Virus record (IMG/VR): IMGVR_UViG_3300006802_000088 | DNA from: an uncultured virus (IMG/VR IMGVR_UViG_3300006802_000088) | Lineage: Duplodnaviria; Heunggongvirae; Uroviricota; Caudoviricetes | Length of the DNA: 64,000 nt | Reading direction: 5' to 3' (one strand) | Shown: one piece after another, positions 9,150 to 19,817 of the stretch | How the letters are laid out: every line of letters starts with the position of its first letter | How positions within the stretch are numbered: the stretch's first letter is position 1 | The notes under the pieces: generated by a model | The model's input: only the letters and a program-made list of their open reading frames with translations | What the model was told of the DNA's origin: nothing | Databases searched by the model: none | Program-made: the position numbers and the translations under genes

Positions 9150-10988
9150 TCATCCCGGCCAATTTGGATAACTATCTGGTGGAATTTTTGTTAAATCCAC
9201 ATTTGGATATCTAGTTTTTAAAACTTCTACCTGTTGTTGATGGATTAAATCTGCATATTTTTTCATAATGGTTGGCGATGAGCATTTTGCCAAAAATAAT
9301 CCATCAGTAATATATTTTGATATTGTGGGTCCTTCTGAATATATTGACCCAGTCGACTGGGTTGCGTCGAAATCTTCTATTACATAAGAAAAACTAATTG
9401 TTGTTGAGGTAACTGCAGTCAATACGTGCTGCCCATTTAGTCTAGGAATCGAACAATTATTTATTTCAATTCTGTGACCAACTACAAATAAGTGTGTTGT
9501 CGAAATAGTTAGGGTAACTACGTTATTTGTTGAAACAATTGATGTTATTGTCCAATCTGAAATATCCCTAGCAATGCTAGAAATTGCCCAGATTGGAGTA
9601 AGTAAAACTACGGTCATATTGGCTGGTCCAGAAGAAAAATCGCCAAAATAAATATCACCATTTGTTTCTTGATAAACAGTAATTGAATGAGTCGTTTTTA
9701 CGCTCCCATTTGAAGTATTTAAGATTGGTCTAGAATATAGTGGTATGTTCCCTTGAGTTATGGCTTCACTTGCGTAAACCTTGGGATAGTTATATTCGTT
9801 TGTTGCTGTTGGTAGTGGAATAATTCTTGCGTCAAACTGAGGTGGAATAACTTGATTTCCCTGTTTGGGTGAAATTCTTAGTGGGATACTGGGGTTGGAT
9901 ATAGCTGTAATTCCCTCAAGGCTTGTTGCTTCAAATGTATTACCAACAGCAATTTCGCGTTTTTTAAGCTGCTCTAATTTTTCTTTGTCAGTCTTTTCTG
10001 GTTTTCTAAAAGCGACTACTACTGGGGTCGGCGTTCTGTCATCAAAATTCACGCCATCTATCAAATAAAAATCTGAGAATCCATCTATATTGCCGACATA
10101 CGCAGTCATTCCTGGTCTTATTTGTACCCCATTTGCCCTGTCAACAGTAATTGAACCAGATGCATCATAGGGACTGTTTTCTGATAATGAAAAACTTGGA
10201 TACGAGTAGGCCTTAAATATTCCCGGCGTTCCTTTAGTCACAATTGGAAATTGCAGGGGTATCCATCTTCTTATTTTTGTTTCGTTAATACTTTTTTTCT
10301 TATTTACTTTTATATACGACTCTGAATCGTAACCCCATTTTTCTAAAATATATTTTTCTGAAGCAAAAATTAAATATCCATCTACTTCATAAAGAACAAA
10401 TTTAGCATCACCTGCAAGTCGTTTCATTACATCCCATAAAGATTCTGCTTGTTTGTCACCACTTGCTTTCGTAATTGTATAATTTTTTGTAGTTTGTTCT
10501 CCCCAAAATTTTAATCCGTATTTTGTTGCTGCACGTTTTACAAATTCAGTACCCTGCCCTGTTATTGCTGAAGGTTTTCTATCACGTTTCATTTGCTGGA
10601 TTGCTTTGGTGTAGCAGCTAATCTCCCAAACAGGGCTACCGCCTTGACCCTGAGAAACACTGACGCTTGCTATTTCAAATATTTGTTTTTGTTTAACTAA
10701 TGTAGAATCACCTGAGTCAATAGTTCCAAGAGTATTGGTTTCATAAATTACATCTAATCCAATTTGAAAATAATTATTTTTGGCAAATTGTAATTCTGAA
10801 TAAAATAAACCATCAGAACCGAGGCTGTAATTGGTATCTACTGATTCCAAAACTGTAAAATTCAATTGAGAAGCCATATCCATGGAGTAGCTGACTTGAA
10901 TTGAAAGAGTGGAGCGAGATATTTCGTCTAAAATATTTGACGAAAGCGAACCTATATACAGCTTGCCAATTTGGTTAAGTGTTTCCAT
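9150..10988 (-). CDS. Baseplate hub/tail protein
   Basis: ESLWDVMKRLAGDAKFVLYEVDGYLIFAS hub-like motif; position in tail operon. Start moved to the ATG just after the upstream stop. Confidence 0.65.
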   Translation of the reverse strand: METLNQIGKLYIGSLSSNILDEISRSTLSIQVSYSMDMASQLNFTVLESVDTNYSLGSDGLFYSELQFAKNNYFQIGLDVIYETNTLGTIDSGDSTLVKQKQIFEIASVSVSQGQGGSPVWEISCYTKAIQQMKRDRKPSAITGQGTEFVKRAATKYGLKFWGEQTTKNYTITKASGDKQAESLWDVMKRLAGDAKFVLYEVDGYLIFASEKYILEKWGYDSESYIKVNKKKSINETKIRRWIPLQFPIVTKGTPGIFKAYSYPSFSLSENSPYDASGSITVDRANGVQIRPGMTAYVGNIDGFSDFYLIDGVNFDDRTPTPVVVAFRKPEKTDKEKLEQLKKREIAVGNTFEATSLEGITAISNPSIPLRISPKQGNQVIPPQFDARIIPLPTATNEYNYPKVYASEAITQGNIPLYSRPILNTSNGSVKTTHSITVYQETNGDIYFGDFSSGPANMTVVLLTPIWAISSIARDISDWTITSIVSTNNVVTLTISTTHLFVVGHRIEINNCSIPRLNGQHVLTAVTSTTISFSYVIEDFDATQSTGSIYSEGPTISKYITDGLFLAKCSSPTIMKKYADLIHQQQVEVLKTRYPNVDLTKIPPDSYPNWPG

Positions 10989-10995
10989 AAAAAGC

Positions 10996-12489
10996 TTAAC
11001 CGTTTGATTCAATATTTTTAGACACAGCAGGGTCGCCTAAATCAGTAGTTAATAGTCTTCTTTCGCCATATTCCAGCGGAGGTGGTTCTGGTTTTGTGCG
11101 AATTTTTTCAGGAATTAATTTTGGCATTTCTATAATTCGAATAGCTTCTAATGGGACTTCCTGCAAAGTTATATCGCATGTTGCTCTATTTATCTCTCCG
11201 TTTTCAGTTCTAAAAATTGAAGAAATATTTAAATCTCCAATAACAAATTCAACACCCCTACCTTTGTCTGCAGGGAACCTGAGCTGATTTGTCATCATGT
11301 CATCAAAGCCGTAAAGAGCAATTGGAAATGGACGTGTAGCCATTGCTCTGAGGTTTCTTATTTTGTCGTCAACCCCGACAGTTATTGTGGAATTTGTTGC
11401 ATTATCAGAAAATCCACCTAATCTGTCGTATGTCGCGGACTTATCTGGAACAATCAAAAATTGAAATGAAATTTTCATTAATTTGTAATTTTTCCAGTCA
11501 ATTAATCCAACTTGCCCAACTCTCTCTATTTCTTGCCAATCCGAACCAAGATTCGAATAACTAATCTGGCCTGGAGTAATATTAAAAATATGCCTGGCAA
11601 CTCTCGGTATAACATCTTCGGGCAGGGAGTACATTTGGACCATTTGAGGCGATGACCCCTCTCTTTCACCTATCCCCAGATAACCAAAATTTCCACGAAC
11701 TTTTACTTTTGTTATTGGCGTAGTTTTTGATTTATTGTTTTTATTGTTTGCAACAGCATCCCCTCCTGCTATTCCATTTTTAATTGTGCTGACTGCTGAA
11801 TCAACTTTTGCCTCTGCGGCAGCTCTTGATAAACCCGAAGCTATAGCTGCTAAAATTTTTCCTTCTCTGATTGAAAGTTGATAGGCAGATAGTGTTGAGC
11901 CAGCATTGACTGTTGTGAGCATCGGTATTGGTAAAAAACTTTTTGTTACTGGGTTAAACCAATATGTTGTCCCAGTTTCTAATGTGTTGGCATATTCACT
12001 TCCGGACCTAATCCAAACCCTTATGTTTGAAGTGTTGTAAGGATTAGGTTGATTCCACTTAAGAAAAGAAAAATTTATTGTAGAATCTGTAGCTATATAC
12101 AAACTTCCATTACTACCCACTGGCCAGCTGTATCTGGTTCCTGGGTTGGATGTCGCTGCTTTAGTTGGAGCAATATTTGCTGTTGCGTTTTTTTCGGCTC
12201 TAGCAAAAATTGTTTTTCTTTCCAGTATGATGTTTTGGATTGCTGCTGGAATATTGTTTGGCAAAGGCAAAAATCTTGTATCATCGGGCATGTATGGGCG
12301 CCAATACCTTTCATCAGAAACAAGCTCCCATTCCGAGCTTGACCCTTTGCCTTTTGTGTATTTTGCATAAACCGCATAGCTAGGTAATGCTCCATTAGAT
12401 GCGGTTGCACCATCGTATATGTACATAGTTTGCCCAACAGTATATGTTCTAGCCGATTTGAATAATTCTGGGTTATATAGTTCACTCAT
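10996..12489 (-). CDS. Tail tube initiator-like protein
   Basis: Immediately after the tape measure; C-terminal W.EIERVG...INRATCDITLQE resembles tube-initiator domains. Confidence 0.5.
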   Translation of the reverse strand: MSELYNPELFKSARTYTVGQTMYIYDGATASNGALPSYAVYAKYTKGKGSSSEWELVSDERYWRPYMPDDTRFLPLPNNIPAAIQNIILERKTIFARAEKNATANIAPTKAATSNPGTRYSWPVGSNGSLYIATDSTINFSFLKWNQPNPYNTSNIRVWIRSGSEYANTLETGTTYWFNPVTKSFLPIPMLTTVNAGSTLSAYQLSIREGKILAAIASGLSRAAAEAKVDSAVSTIKNGIAGGDAVANNKNNKSKTTPITKVKVRGNFGYLGIGEREGSSPQMVQMYSLPEDVIPRVARHIFNITPGQISYSNLGSDWQEIERVGQVGLIDWKNYKLMKISFQFLIVPDKSATYDRLGGFSDNATNSTITVGVDDKIRNLRAMATRPFPIALYGFDDMMTNQLRFPADKGRGVEFVIGDLNISSIFRTENGEINRATCDITLQEVPLEAIRIIEMPKLIPEKIRTKPEPPPLEYGERRLLTTDLGDPAVSKNIESNG

Positions 12490-15400
12490 TACGACCTCTG
12501 AATTTCATTCGCTTGAGTTTCTTTTATTTTGCGTATAACCGTTTGAGCTATTTCGTTTGGCGACATATTTCCTGCTCCGTTAATGGCAAAGCTTATGTTG
12601 TAAGTTGGGGCTCCATTACTTATTTGCCCTTTGGCTTGAGTCATTCGTGCAGGAGATTGAGTATCTCCCATTGGAGTACCTGGGCCCGGAACTACATGTA
12701 GATGACGGCTTGCATTTGTTCCGTGGAATTCAGCAAATCCTCCATTGGCGTGAACAAGTTTGGCGTACTGACCAAGATTTTGTCCAGTGAGGTCAAGAGC
12801 TCTCCCCATTACGTGGTCTGAGTTAATTGAGCCAAGACCCGTTGTTCTATAGGCCGACGTCACATTCCTGCTTCCAGTTAGTTGGGAATCTATTGCAGAA
12901 TGGCGAGCCATTGTTTGGGAAAGTCGAGATGATGTAGTATCCCCAATTCCTTTGCCGCGAGGGGATGATGTGTCACCTTTTATTAATGCTTGAAATGATT
13001 CTTTTGTGTACCATTCTGGCGTTTTGTCTATTGGGTGAGTCATAAAAAAATCTGAGGTGTATTTAGTAAATTCTTCTACGGCATCTTTAAACGCCTGAGA
13101 AGCAGTATCCATGCTGTCTGCGACACTATCCAGACTTCCATCATTTAGTTTTTCTGTAGTAAGACCAAGTCCATATGTTTTCAATGATTGTTCGGCGGTC
13201 ATTCTTTGGCCCGGAGGTAGGTTTGCTCCCATTCCGGTTAATGTTCCATTTTGTAGGTCTGTTAAAAGTTTTTGTTGCTTGGCTGGGTCCATTGCCAATA
13301 TTTGCTGTGTTAGTGCAGTTGAACCACCAGCCGCCATTAAATTGCTATCTCCAAGCATTGCGGTAATTTGTTCGGCACCAGTTCTTGCGAATCCACTTAA
13401 CACTTTTTGCTGTTGTTGTTGAAATAGGGGATTGCCAGCTATTTGTGATTCAAATCCTTCTAGAGCTCCGCCAGCCGTGTATGCTTTGCCACCTTTTCCT
13501 ATTGTTTTTTGTTGCTCATAGAATGCTCGGATTGCATCCCCTCCGTAGAAAGCTGTCAAATCCGAGGACATACCTTTTAGGTATTCGAATATGTCTGTTT
13601 CGTCTGCGGTCCCAGCTCCTAGCTTGTCTGAAAGAATTCTTGTTTTATCATCTATCGCAAATTGTGCGTTTTTCTTTTTGATTACCGCATCATAAATACT
13701 TGTATCTATAAATATGTTTTGATTTGCGGCTTGCATTTCAGCTGCACTTTTAATCATATTTATTTTTAATTTTGTAACCATGTCGTCAAATGTCATTGTC
13801 GCGTCATAGAGATTGACGCCCATATTCTTGGCTAATTTTTCTAATTCTGGAGCGGTTTTACCAGTAATTTGTTTTAGTTTTTCTAAACGCTTATTATTTA
13901 CGTCGTCAATTTGCTCAAATGCTTTTGTTTTTTCTTCTGTGTCTTTAACAAATTGATTTACTGCATTCCCAGGGTCTTTCATCGCGCTATCAAATTGTTC
14001 TTTGGTTAAAATGCCTTCTTTTTGCAATCGTGCTAAAAACTTTTCTTCTGCTTCTCGTCTTGAAGATTTGACGTTAAATCCCAAAACAGATTTAATGCCT
14101 TTCCCTACCCCTGAGTTGAATAAGCTTCCAACTTGTTCGGCTCCTGGAATCTTTCCAATCAATGCGCCGACATTTAAAATGTCTGGAACCATCGCACTAA
14201 GGGTGCTCGACACCGCCTGTAGGGGGTTGGATAAGCTACTGTTTGCTACATCAATAAAAGTGTTCCCTGCTGCCCTCATTGAAAGAGCATTTACATTGGT
14301 CCCTGTTTCGTTCGTCATTCCTCGGTCAAATAGTGAGCCACCAAGTCTTTCTTCTCTGAGAGCAACTTGTGCTCTGGCTTGCAATGCGCGCATATTGGCG
14401 GCCATTTTGCCGCCAACACCAATTGCTGAACCAGCAAAACCAGAAGTATCTTTACCAGCTTCTAGGGCTGCTTGTCCCCTTTCAAATTGCGAATAAGAGC
14501 TTTGCATAATGCCTTGGAGCATGTTGCTCATTGCCCCATTGATTGCGCTCCTGGCTTCTTTTGCTCTTGCTTTTATTTCATTTACACCACCCATAATTCC
14601 GCCAGCAACCACACCAAGAGCGGCACCAATCGCTGCACCGTAAGGACCGCCAATCAATGCTCCTGCTGCTGCGCCACCAGCCATGCCGGCAAGAGCGCCT
14701 TTTCCTCCACCCTCCGCTTTCATTGCACCGCCAATTCCAGCTACAGCAAGACCCGCCATTGGGTTGGCTGCACCAATCATTCCGCCAAGAGCCATTGCGC
14801 CACGCATTTCTTCTGGGGCGTATTGGCTTGCTGCGGTAAGACCCATCCCTACACCCATTCGTGCCATACCGCTACTATTAAATTTTTCCATTCCGCCAGC
14901 AAATCTTGTTTCGCTTCTTCCATATCTAGCCATATGTCTCATGCGGTTAAATTCAGATATTTTTTTACCGTAAGGCGTTTTGCCGCCCATATTCAGCGCT
15001 GCGTAGTTTGCTTTTGTTGGGGCTAAAACTGTACTTATGTTGCCAAATCGGTCTATTTTTGGCGCCATCAGTCCTCTACCCGGAACAAGTCCTTGAGTAT
15101 TTGGAACAAGTTGCCCTTTTGAATTCATTATGTGTGATGGCACACCATTAGTCATACCTACAGTGGATTGTCCAGAGCTAAGTCCTGGTGCGCCACCTCC
15201 TGACGCAGGCCCCCCGTTAACATAAACGGTGCCTGCATTGATGTTCATGGCATTTACGTCTTGAGCCATGACTCCGCCCTGGGTGTTCTTCATTTTTCCA
15301 CTCATTACAAACAGGCCAAGCAGTGGGGCGAGACTACCAAGCATTCCGGTGCCAGATGTTTTTGTCAAAAGACTAGTAAGCATTTTGAATATGTCGGTTA

Positions 15401-16880
15401 CGCCTTTTAGTACATCATTAATTACTGGCAAAATATCAAAAAAAGCTTTTTTAAGACCTACAGCTAAATCACCAACAGCGTCAATAACTTGACCGACTCT
15501 TTGTCCAAATTCATTAATTTCATCTTGGTTTTGAAGAATACCTTCTCTAAAAGAATTTAAATTTCTTATTCCATTGTCTTTAATTGCCGTCCATATTGGC
15601 TTAAATGCTGTCTCTATCGCTTTTGCCGGTTCAATGTATTTTCTTAATGCTTCCCTAAACAAACCAAATGTTCGAAGCATGTTGTTCCACCATTTTGCAA
15701 TTCCACTAAATTGACCTTCTGAGCGTGGTAACCATTTTTGAGTTAAGTCAACAAAAAATGTACTTACTTTATCAACAGCATTAACCAGGCCATCCATGAA
15801 TCGCCCACTACCAAAACTTGCTGTTATTCCCGTAAGTCGTCTGATATCTCTTTGAATAATTTGAAATATTTTTTGAAAAGCCTCTTTGGCTGGCTCGAGA
15901 AACATCAAACCAAAATCGGCAAATTCGCCTTTGATGAGAGCCATAAATTTCTTTATTGACCCCATAAGGGTGTTGTTCGTAGTGTCGAACTGACCTTCAA
16001 CTCCACCCAATTTTGCTAATTCACCAGAAGAAATTAATTTTTTTAATTGTTCTTTTGTTTTTACGTTTGCTTTCGTTAAAGCTTTTTCAGCTTCTGGGCC
16101 AAGTTCTTTTATGAGACTAATTGTTTGAGCAAGACTTTTTTTATCTTTGCCTGTACCTGCACCGGTTATTGCTTCGATAACCGCTCCAACTTTTTCTGCT
16201 GCTTTAGTTGGGTCCTGCCCTGCAGAGCCAAAGTCCATCAAGCTCTTAAACAATTTATTGCTTGCGTTAATTTGTGGAGTTGACATTGTCTTAGACATTG
16301 CCGCATACGCTTTGTTAAGCGCTTCGGTTCCAAGTCCTGCCAAATCTTGGTCCATTTGTAAACCACGCATAGCTACACGTACTTGATTTATGCCAGCTCC
16401 AAATTCTTTGGCACCTTTGCCCCTATATGCATACATTGCTGCCTGTTGTTCGCGCATTGCTGCAGCACCAGTAGAGAGAACCACCGTTAATGCGGCGACA
16501 CCCTGCGCCGCCATTTTCATGGAACCGTGATAACCCTTTGCGAGCCAACTACCGGTGGCGAATAAAGCATGGACTCCAAGCATTGTCGCTGAAAGTATTG
16601 CCATTTCAGCTACGACACCCTTAATAGCCATGCCCAAAAATTTACGCAAACTCTTTCCGAACATTTGTGTTGCTCGGTCTATTGAGTCAAAGTGTTTTTT
16701 GAAATTAGTCTGTGTTCTTTTTAGGCTTCTAGCAACATCTTTGCCGTAGTCATCTACTTCTTTTTTGCCACTGGCGCGTCCAGCTTGGCGCTTTAGGCGT
16801 TTTGTTGCCTGTGTAGCTTTTTCAATAGCCGTCGTATTAGCATCGACGTCTATCTTTATAGTTATTTTTTCGTCGGCCAT
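12489..16880 (-). CDS. Tape measure protein with C-terminal M15-type Zn peptidase domain
   Basis: 1463 aa, Ala/Gly-rich and helical, follows the chaperone; C-terminal TSAYR...SDHVMGRALD...HLHV. Confidence 0.9.
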   Translation of the reverse strand: MADEKITIKIDVDANTTAIEKATQATKRLKRQAGRASGKKEVDDYGKDVARSLKRTQTNFKKHFDSIDRATQMFGKSLRKFLGMAIKGVVAEMAILSATMLGVHALFATGSWLAKGYHGSMKMAAQGVAALTVVLSTGAAAMREQQAAMYAYRGKGAKEFGAGINQVRVAMRGLQMDQDLAGLGTEALNKAYAAMSKTMSTPQINASNKLFKSLMDFGSAGQDPTKAAEKVGAVIEAITGAGTGKDKKSLAQTISLIKELGPEAEKALTKANVKTKEQLKKLISSGELAKLGGVEGQFDTTNNTLMGSIKKFMALIKGEFADFGLMFLEPAKEAFQKIFQIIQRDIRRLTGITASFGSGRFMDGLVNAVDKVSTFFVDLTQKWLPRSEGQFSGIAKWWNNMLRTFGLFREALRKYIEPAKAIETAFKPIWTAIKDNGIRNLNSFREGILQNQDEINEFGQRVGQVIDAVGDLAVGLKKAFFDILPVINDVLKGVTDIFKMLTSLLTKTSGTGMLGSLAPLLGLFVMSGKMKNTQGGVMAQDVNAMNINAGTVYVNGGPASGGGAPGLSSGQSTVGMTNGVPSHIMNSKGQLVPNTQGLVPGRGLMAPKIDRFGNISTVLAPTKANYAALNMGGKTPYGKKISEFNRMRHMARYGRSETRFAGGMEKFNSSGMARMGVGMGLTAASQYAPEEMRGAMALGGMIGAANPMAGLAVAGIGGAMKAEGGGKGALAGMAGGAAAGALIGGPYGAAIGAALGVVAGGIMGGVNEIKARAKEARSAINGAMSNMLQGIMQSSYSQFERGQAALEAGKDTSGFAGSAIGVGGKMAANMRALQARAQVALREERLGGSLFDRGMTNETGTNVNALSMRAAGNTFIDVANSSLSNPLQAVSSTLSAMVPDILNVGALIGKIPGAEQVGSLFNSGVGKGIKSVLGFNVKSSRREAEEKFLARLQKEGILTKEQFDSAMKDPGNAVNQFVKDTEEKTKAFEQIDDVNNKRLEKLKQITGKTAPELEKLAKNMGVNLYDATMTFDDMVTKLKINMIKSAAEMQAANQNIFIDTSIYDAVIKKKNAQFAIDDKTRILSDKLGAGTADETDIFEYLKGMSSDLTAFYGGDAIRAFYEQQKTIGKGGKAYTAGGALEGFESQIAGNPLFQQQQQKVLSGFARTGAEQITAMLGDSNLMAAGGSTALTQQILAMDPAKQQKLLTDLQNGTLTGMGANLPPGQRMTAEQSLKTYGLGLTTEKLNDGSLDSVADSMDTASQAFKDAVEEFTKYTSDFFMTHPIDKTPEWYTKESFQALIKGDTSSPRGKGIGDTTSSRLSQTMARHSAIDSQLTGSRNVTSAYRTTGLGSINSDHVMGRALDLTGQNLGQYAKLVHANGGFAEFHGTNASRHLHVVPGPGTPMGDTQSPARMTQAKGQISNGAPTYNISFAINGAGNMSPNEIAQTVIRKIKETQANEIQRS

Positions 16881-16944
16881 TTATTCCACCCATGAATTTT
16901 GGTTCACGTGAGTGTAAGTGACGTCAAGCTATGTGGATGCCCCA

Positions 16945-17139
16945 CTAAGTCTTCGATTTACGTTCTTGCTCTTCGCGGTCGTTGGATATAACTTTACCAC
17001 ATGCCATACGTATCAGCCATTCATCTTGGTCTGAATCCAATAGCTTTATGGGGTCCGTTCCGAATAGTTCTCCGAGACGGGCTGCAGACACTACCTGCGG
17101 GTCTGCGACTAGCTCGTCGAAGACCCCTTCATAGGGTCC
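16945..17139 (-). CDS. -1 frameshift extension of tail assembly chaperone (gpGT-like)
   Basis: The -1 frame is open from G GAC CCT (17139-17133): PYEGVFDELVADPQVVSAARLGELFGTDPIKLLDSDQDEWLIRMACGKVISNDREEQERKSKT*. Absent from the ORF track. Confidence 0.7.
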   Translation of the reverse strand, partial: GPYEGVFDELVADPQVVSAARLGELFGTDPIKLLDSDQDEWLIRMACGKVISNDREEQERKSKT

Positions 17140-17657
17140 ACGGCATCAACCGTGTCTGAATAACCGGCTGCATCAAGAATTGCCAATGCTGCGGCTTCGA
17201 TATGTGGGTCAACACCAAAAAAGGCTTTGACGCAATCTGGAAGCGGTCTTGTTGTTTCGGTCATCGCCAAGACTAAAGGTGAAGCAAATGTAAGTTCATT
17301 GCCGTCTTCGTCAAGAACTTCTTCTCCGTCAATTTCTAAACCAACAGTTGTGTGTGCAATAACCGAACATGCAAATTTTGTTGCATCAAGACCATTTCTT
17401 GTGTCTTCGCCAGCATTTTTGCGCCAATTTTTCATTTGTTGTTGAGTAATGTTTGGACTGATTCGTATTTTTACGCCAGGACGCTCTGGCACTTCCAGCA
17501 AAACAACGCTACGTTCAACTTTTTTTGCAATAACTGATTTAAGTCTGGAAAGCGGAGTTTCCACATCGGTCTGCTGAGTTGAAACCTTGGCTGGCTTGAC
17601 TGCCTTGGTTGTGATTGGTTGCTCTTCGGTTGAATAGAGTGAGTTGTTGTCGTTCAT
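17109..17657 (-). CDS. Tail assembly chaperone (gpG-like)
   Basis: Between tube and tape measure; ends ...DAVDPMKGSSTS*. Confidence 0.8.
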   Translation of the reverse strand: MNDNNSLYSTEEQPITTKAVKPAKVSTQQTDVETPLSRLKSVIAKKVERSVVLLEVPERPGVKIRISPNITQQQMKNWRKNAGEDTRNGLDATKFACSVIAHTTVGLEIDGEEVLDEDGNELTFASPLVLAMTETTRPLPDCVKAFFGVDPHIEAAALAILDAAGYSDTVDAVDPMKGSSTS

Positions 17658-17720
17658 ACTGGAAAACTAGCATAGGCCTAAAGGCCATAGCGGAACTCTT
17701 AACGATTTTATTAAAATCGA

Positions 17721-18188
17721 TTAATTTGACTCTACATCCTGAATTGCGAAAGTAAGAGAGAAGGTAGCTGGGGCGCCCGATGATGAATCGCCGTCTGGCT
17801 CAGTCAAACCCACCAGTAGGGCCTTATAGTAAACTCGGTCAGTACCAGGGACTGCCAAGTCGCAGTCAAAATTCTGGATTGTGACGTTGTATTCAGCTCT
17901 ACCGACAAGTGCACGGAGGGCGGCAATTTTTGCTGCGATACCGGTGCCAAGCTCACTGGCGACTCGGTCTGAGTCGTAGTGGGCGGTCAAGGTGATATCG
18001 CCAACCTCGGATGGAGCACACAAAACTGTCGGACGAAGACTCTTGCCCTCGTAAATCTTTTCAACGGAGGCTGTGATTTCTCCACCAGAAACCTGCGCAA
18101 AATAGAAACCAGTCCATTTTGGGTGACTTTGGTTTACAGGAACAATACTTCCAAGTATTTGTCTCTGAGAAACTTTTGTATTTGCCAT
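17721..18188 (-). CDS. Tail tube protein
   Basis: 155 aa after the sheath; FAQVSGGEITAS...GDITLT...PDGDSSSGAPATFSLTF. Confidence 0.85.
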   Translation of the reverse strand: MANTKVSQRQILGSIVPVNQSHPKWTGFYFAQVSGGEITASVEKIYEGKSLRPTVLCAPSEVGDITLTAHYDSDRVASELGTGIAAKIAALRALVGRAEYNVTIQNFDCDLAVPGTDRVYYKALLVGLTEPDGDSSSGAPATFSLTFAIQDVESN

Positions 18189-18203
18189 GTTTTTATTCCT
18201 CCG

Positions 18204-19691
18204 TTAAACGACTGACGCCGTTAAGTTTGATTTGACAATATCAACTTCGATTTTGTCGCCGACAGTACTTGTTCGTACCCCAACTTTTGCCTTGATTGTT
18301 CCCTCTGCAAGTTGTGATGTCGGATTAAGTTTTGCATCACAGCGAACTGTGTAGCCAGGGTCAAGTTTTCTGCCATTGGAATCAAACGCCTCATAGAGAG
18401 CACCGACATCTCGCAAAGGAGCAAGAATTGAAATTAGACGTGACTCGATTGCGCTGAAAATTGTGTTTCTTCCATCGATTGAGCTGAAAACCAAATCTTC
18501 AAGACTTCTTCCAGCCTCGACCACAATATGGTTGACAGTGTCTTGCGATGTGATATATCTAAAGTTTTCAATATCTGCCGAAAGCGAACGAGCACCATAA
18601 ATACGAACTGTATTTTGAATAACTCTAATTGCATTTACTGAACCAAGGTCCAAAGCGTCGCCTGTTGCTTTGTCGATATCTACTTCGGTTCCCACAACAA
18701 ATCTTGAAGCTGAAAGCAATCCAGCTGCTGGAACGTGAGAGCCTGTTTGATTGTGGGCCAAAGCACGCTTTGCAGCCACATAGCCGTCTGGTGGAATCAT
18801 TCTACTAATTCCAGCAACACCGGTTGGAACTTCAATCCATGGATAATACAAAGCGCAGTGCTCAGCATGTTCTCCACCCTGAATTGACAATGCCTTTGAC
18901 AATGCTCCAGCGGTATCTGTTCCGAGGTCTGTGTGAAGAATAGCAATTCTGCTATTTGTGTTGGCATGTGAAATCAATGCAGACTCAAGAGTGCCAGAAG
19001 CATTGTCTGGCGACGCAACCGCACCAGTCCCAAGAGCACCGTTGAATGTGCCGAGAGCAGTAACAAACTCTGCATCAGTTGGAGCAGAACCATCCGCTCC
19101 ACCAGCAAATATAACTTGAACTTGAGTGTTCAAGATGGCCGAACCATGAGGAGCCGTAACGCTTGCAGTTACGTAACGAGCAGCAGTTGTGCTTGTATTA
19201 ATTCTTCCCACTGCTTGATTGACTGAGGTGCAAGTTCCGGTTGAGTAAACCAAAACGTTGTCCAAAAGAATTTGAATTGCAAAATTTACACCAGCATTTG
19301 GCTGCGTAACAATTGTGCTCAAACCCCCAGCGAATGTTCCCGCTGTTGCATTTGCCCATGTGCCCGAACCGTTTGCTGTCAATGTCATTGCAGCACTTGC
19401 CGAACCTGTATTTAGAACTTTGGTTGCAGATGTTGCACCAGCGCCAACGACTCGTTTTACGTAGCAGCGAGTGCCGCCTTCTTCAAAAAATGTTTCAACT
19501 GTTGGATGAAGGTACGAGGTTGAAATGAATCCACCAAACATATTTTCAAATTCAGCAAGGCTCTCAATCAATACTGGAGCGGCTGATGTACCTTTTTCAG
19601 CGGTGCCGACAACAAAGAGTTGTGATGATTCGCGGACCGTTGCCGAAGACGGGCCAGTTCTGACTGCTGTTGAAATGACTACACCGGGCAT
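18204..19691 (-). CDS. Tail sheath protein
   Basis: MPGVVI...FFEEGGTRCYVKRV...ALYYPWI...PPDGYVAA...VNAIR...IYGARSL. Confidence 0.95.
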   Translation of the reverse strand: MPGVVISTAVRTGPSSATVRESSQLFVVGTAEKGTSAAPVLIESLAEFENMFGGFISTSYLHPTVETFFEEGGTRCYVKRVVGAGATSATKVLNTGSASAAMTLTANGSGTWANATAGTFAGGLSTIVTQPNAGVNFAIQILLDNVLVYSTGTCTSVNQAVGRINTSTTAARYVTASVTAPHGSAILNTQVQVIFAGGADGSAPTDAEFVTALGTFNGALGTGAVASPDNASGTLESALISHANTNSRIAILHTDLGTDTAGALSKALSIQGGEHAEHCALYYPWIEVPTGVAGISRMIPPDGYVAAKRALAHNQTGSHVPAAGLLSASRFVVGTEVDIDKATGDALDLGSVNAIRVIQNTVRIYGARSLSADIENFRYITSQDTVNHIVVEAGRSLEDLVFSSIDGRNTIFSAIESRLISILAPLRDVGALYEAFDSNGRKLDPGYTVRCDAKLNPTSQLAEGTIKAKVGVRTSTVGDKIEVDIVKSNLTASVV

Positions 19692-19817
19692 AAGACCTTC
19701 CTATTACTTGTTGGGAACTACCCCATTCATTAGTTCCAATAATACAGTTAGTAGGTCTTTTATTAATGCAACTGTTAGAAAGATTTGTTGTAAAGAGATT
19801 TTAAAAATTATTTAATT

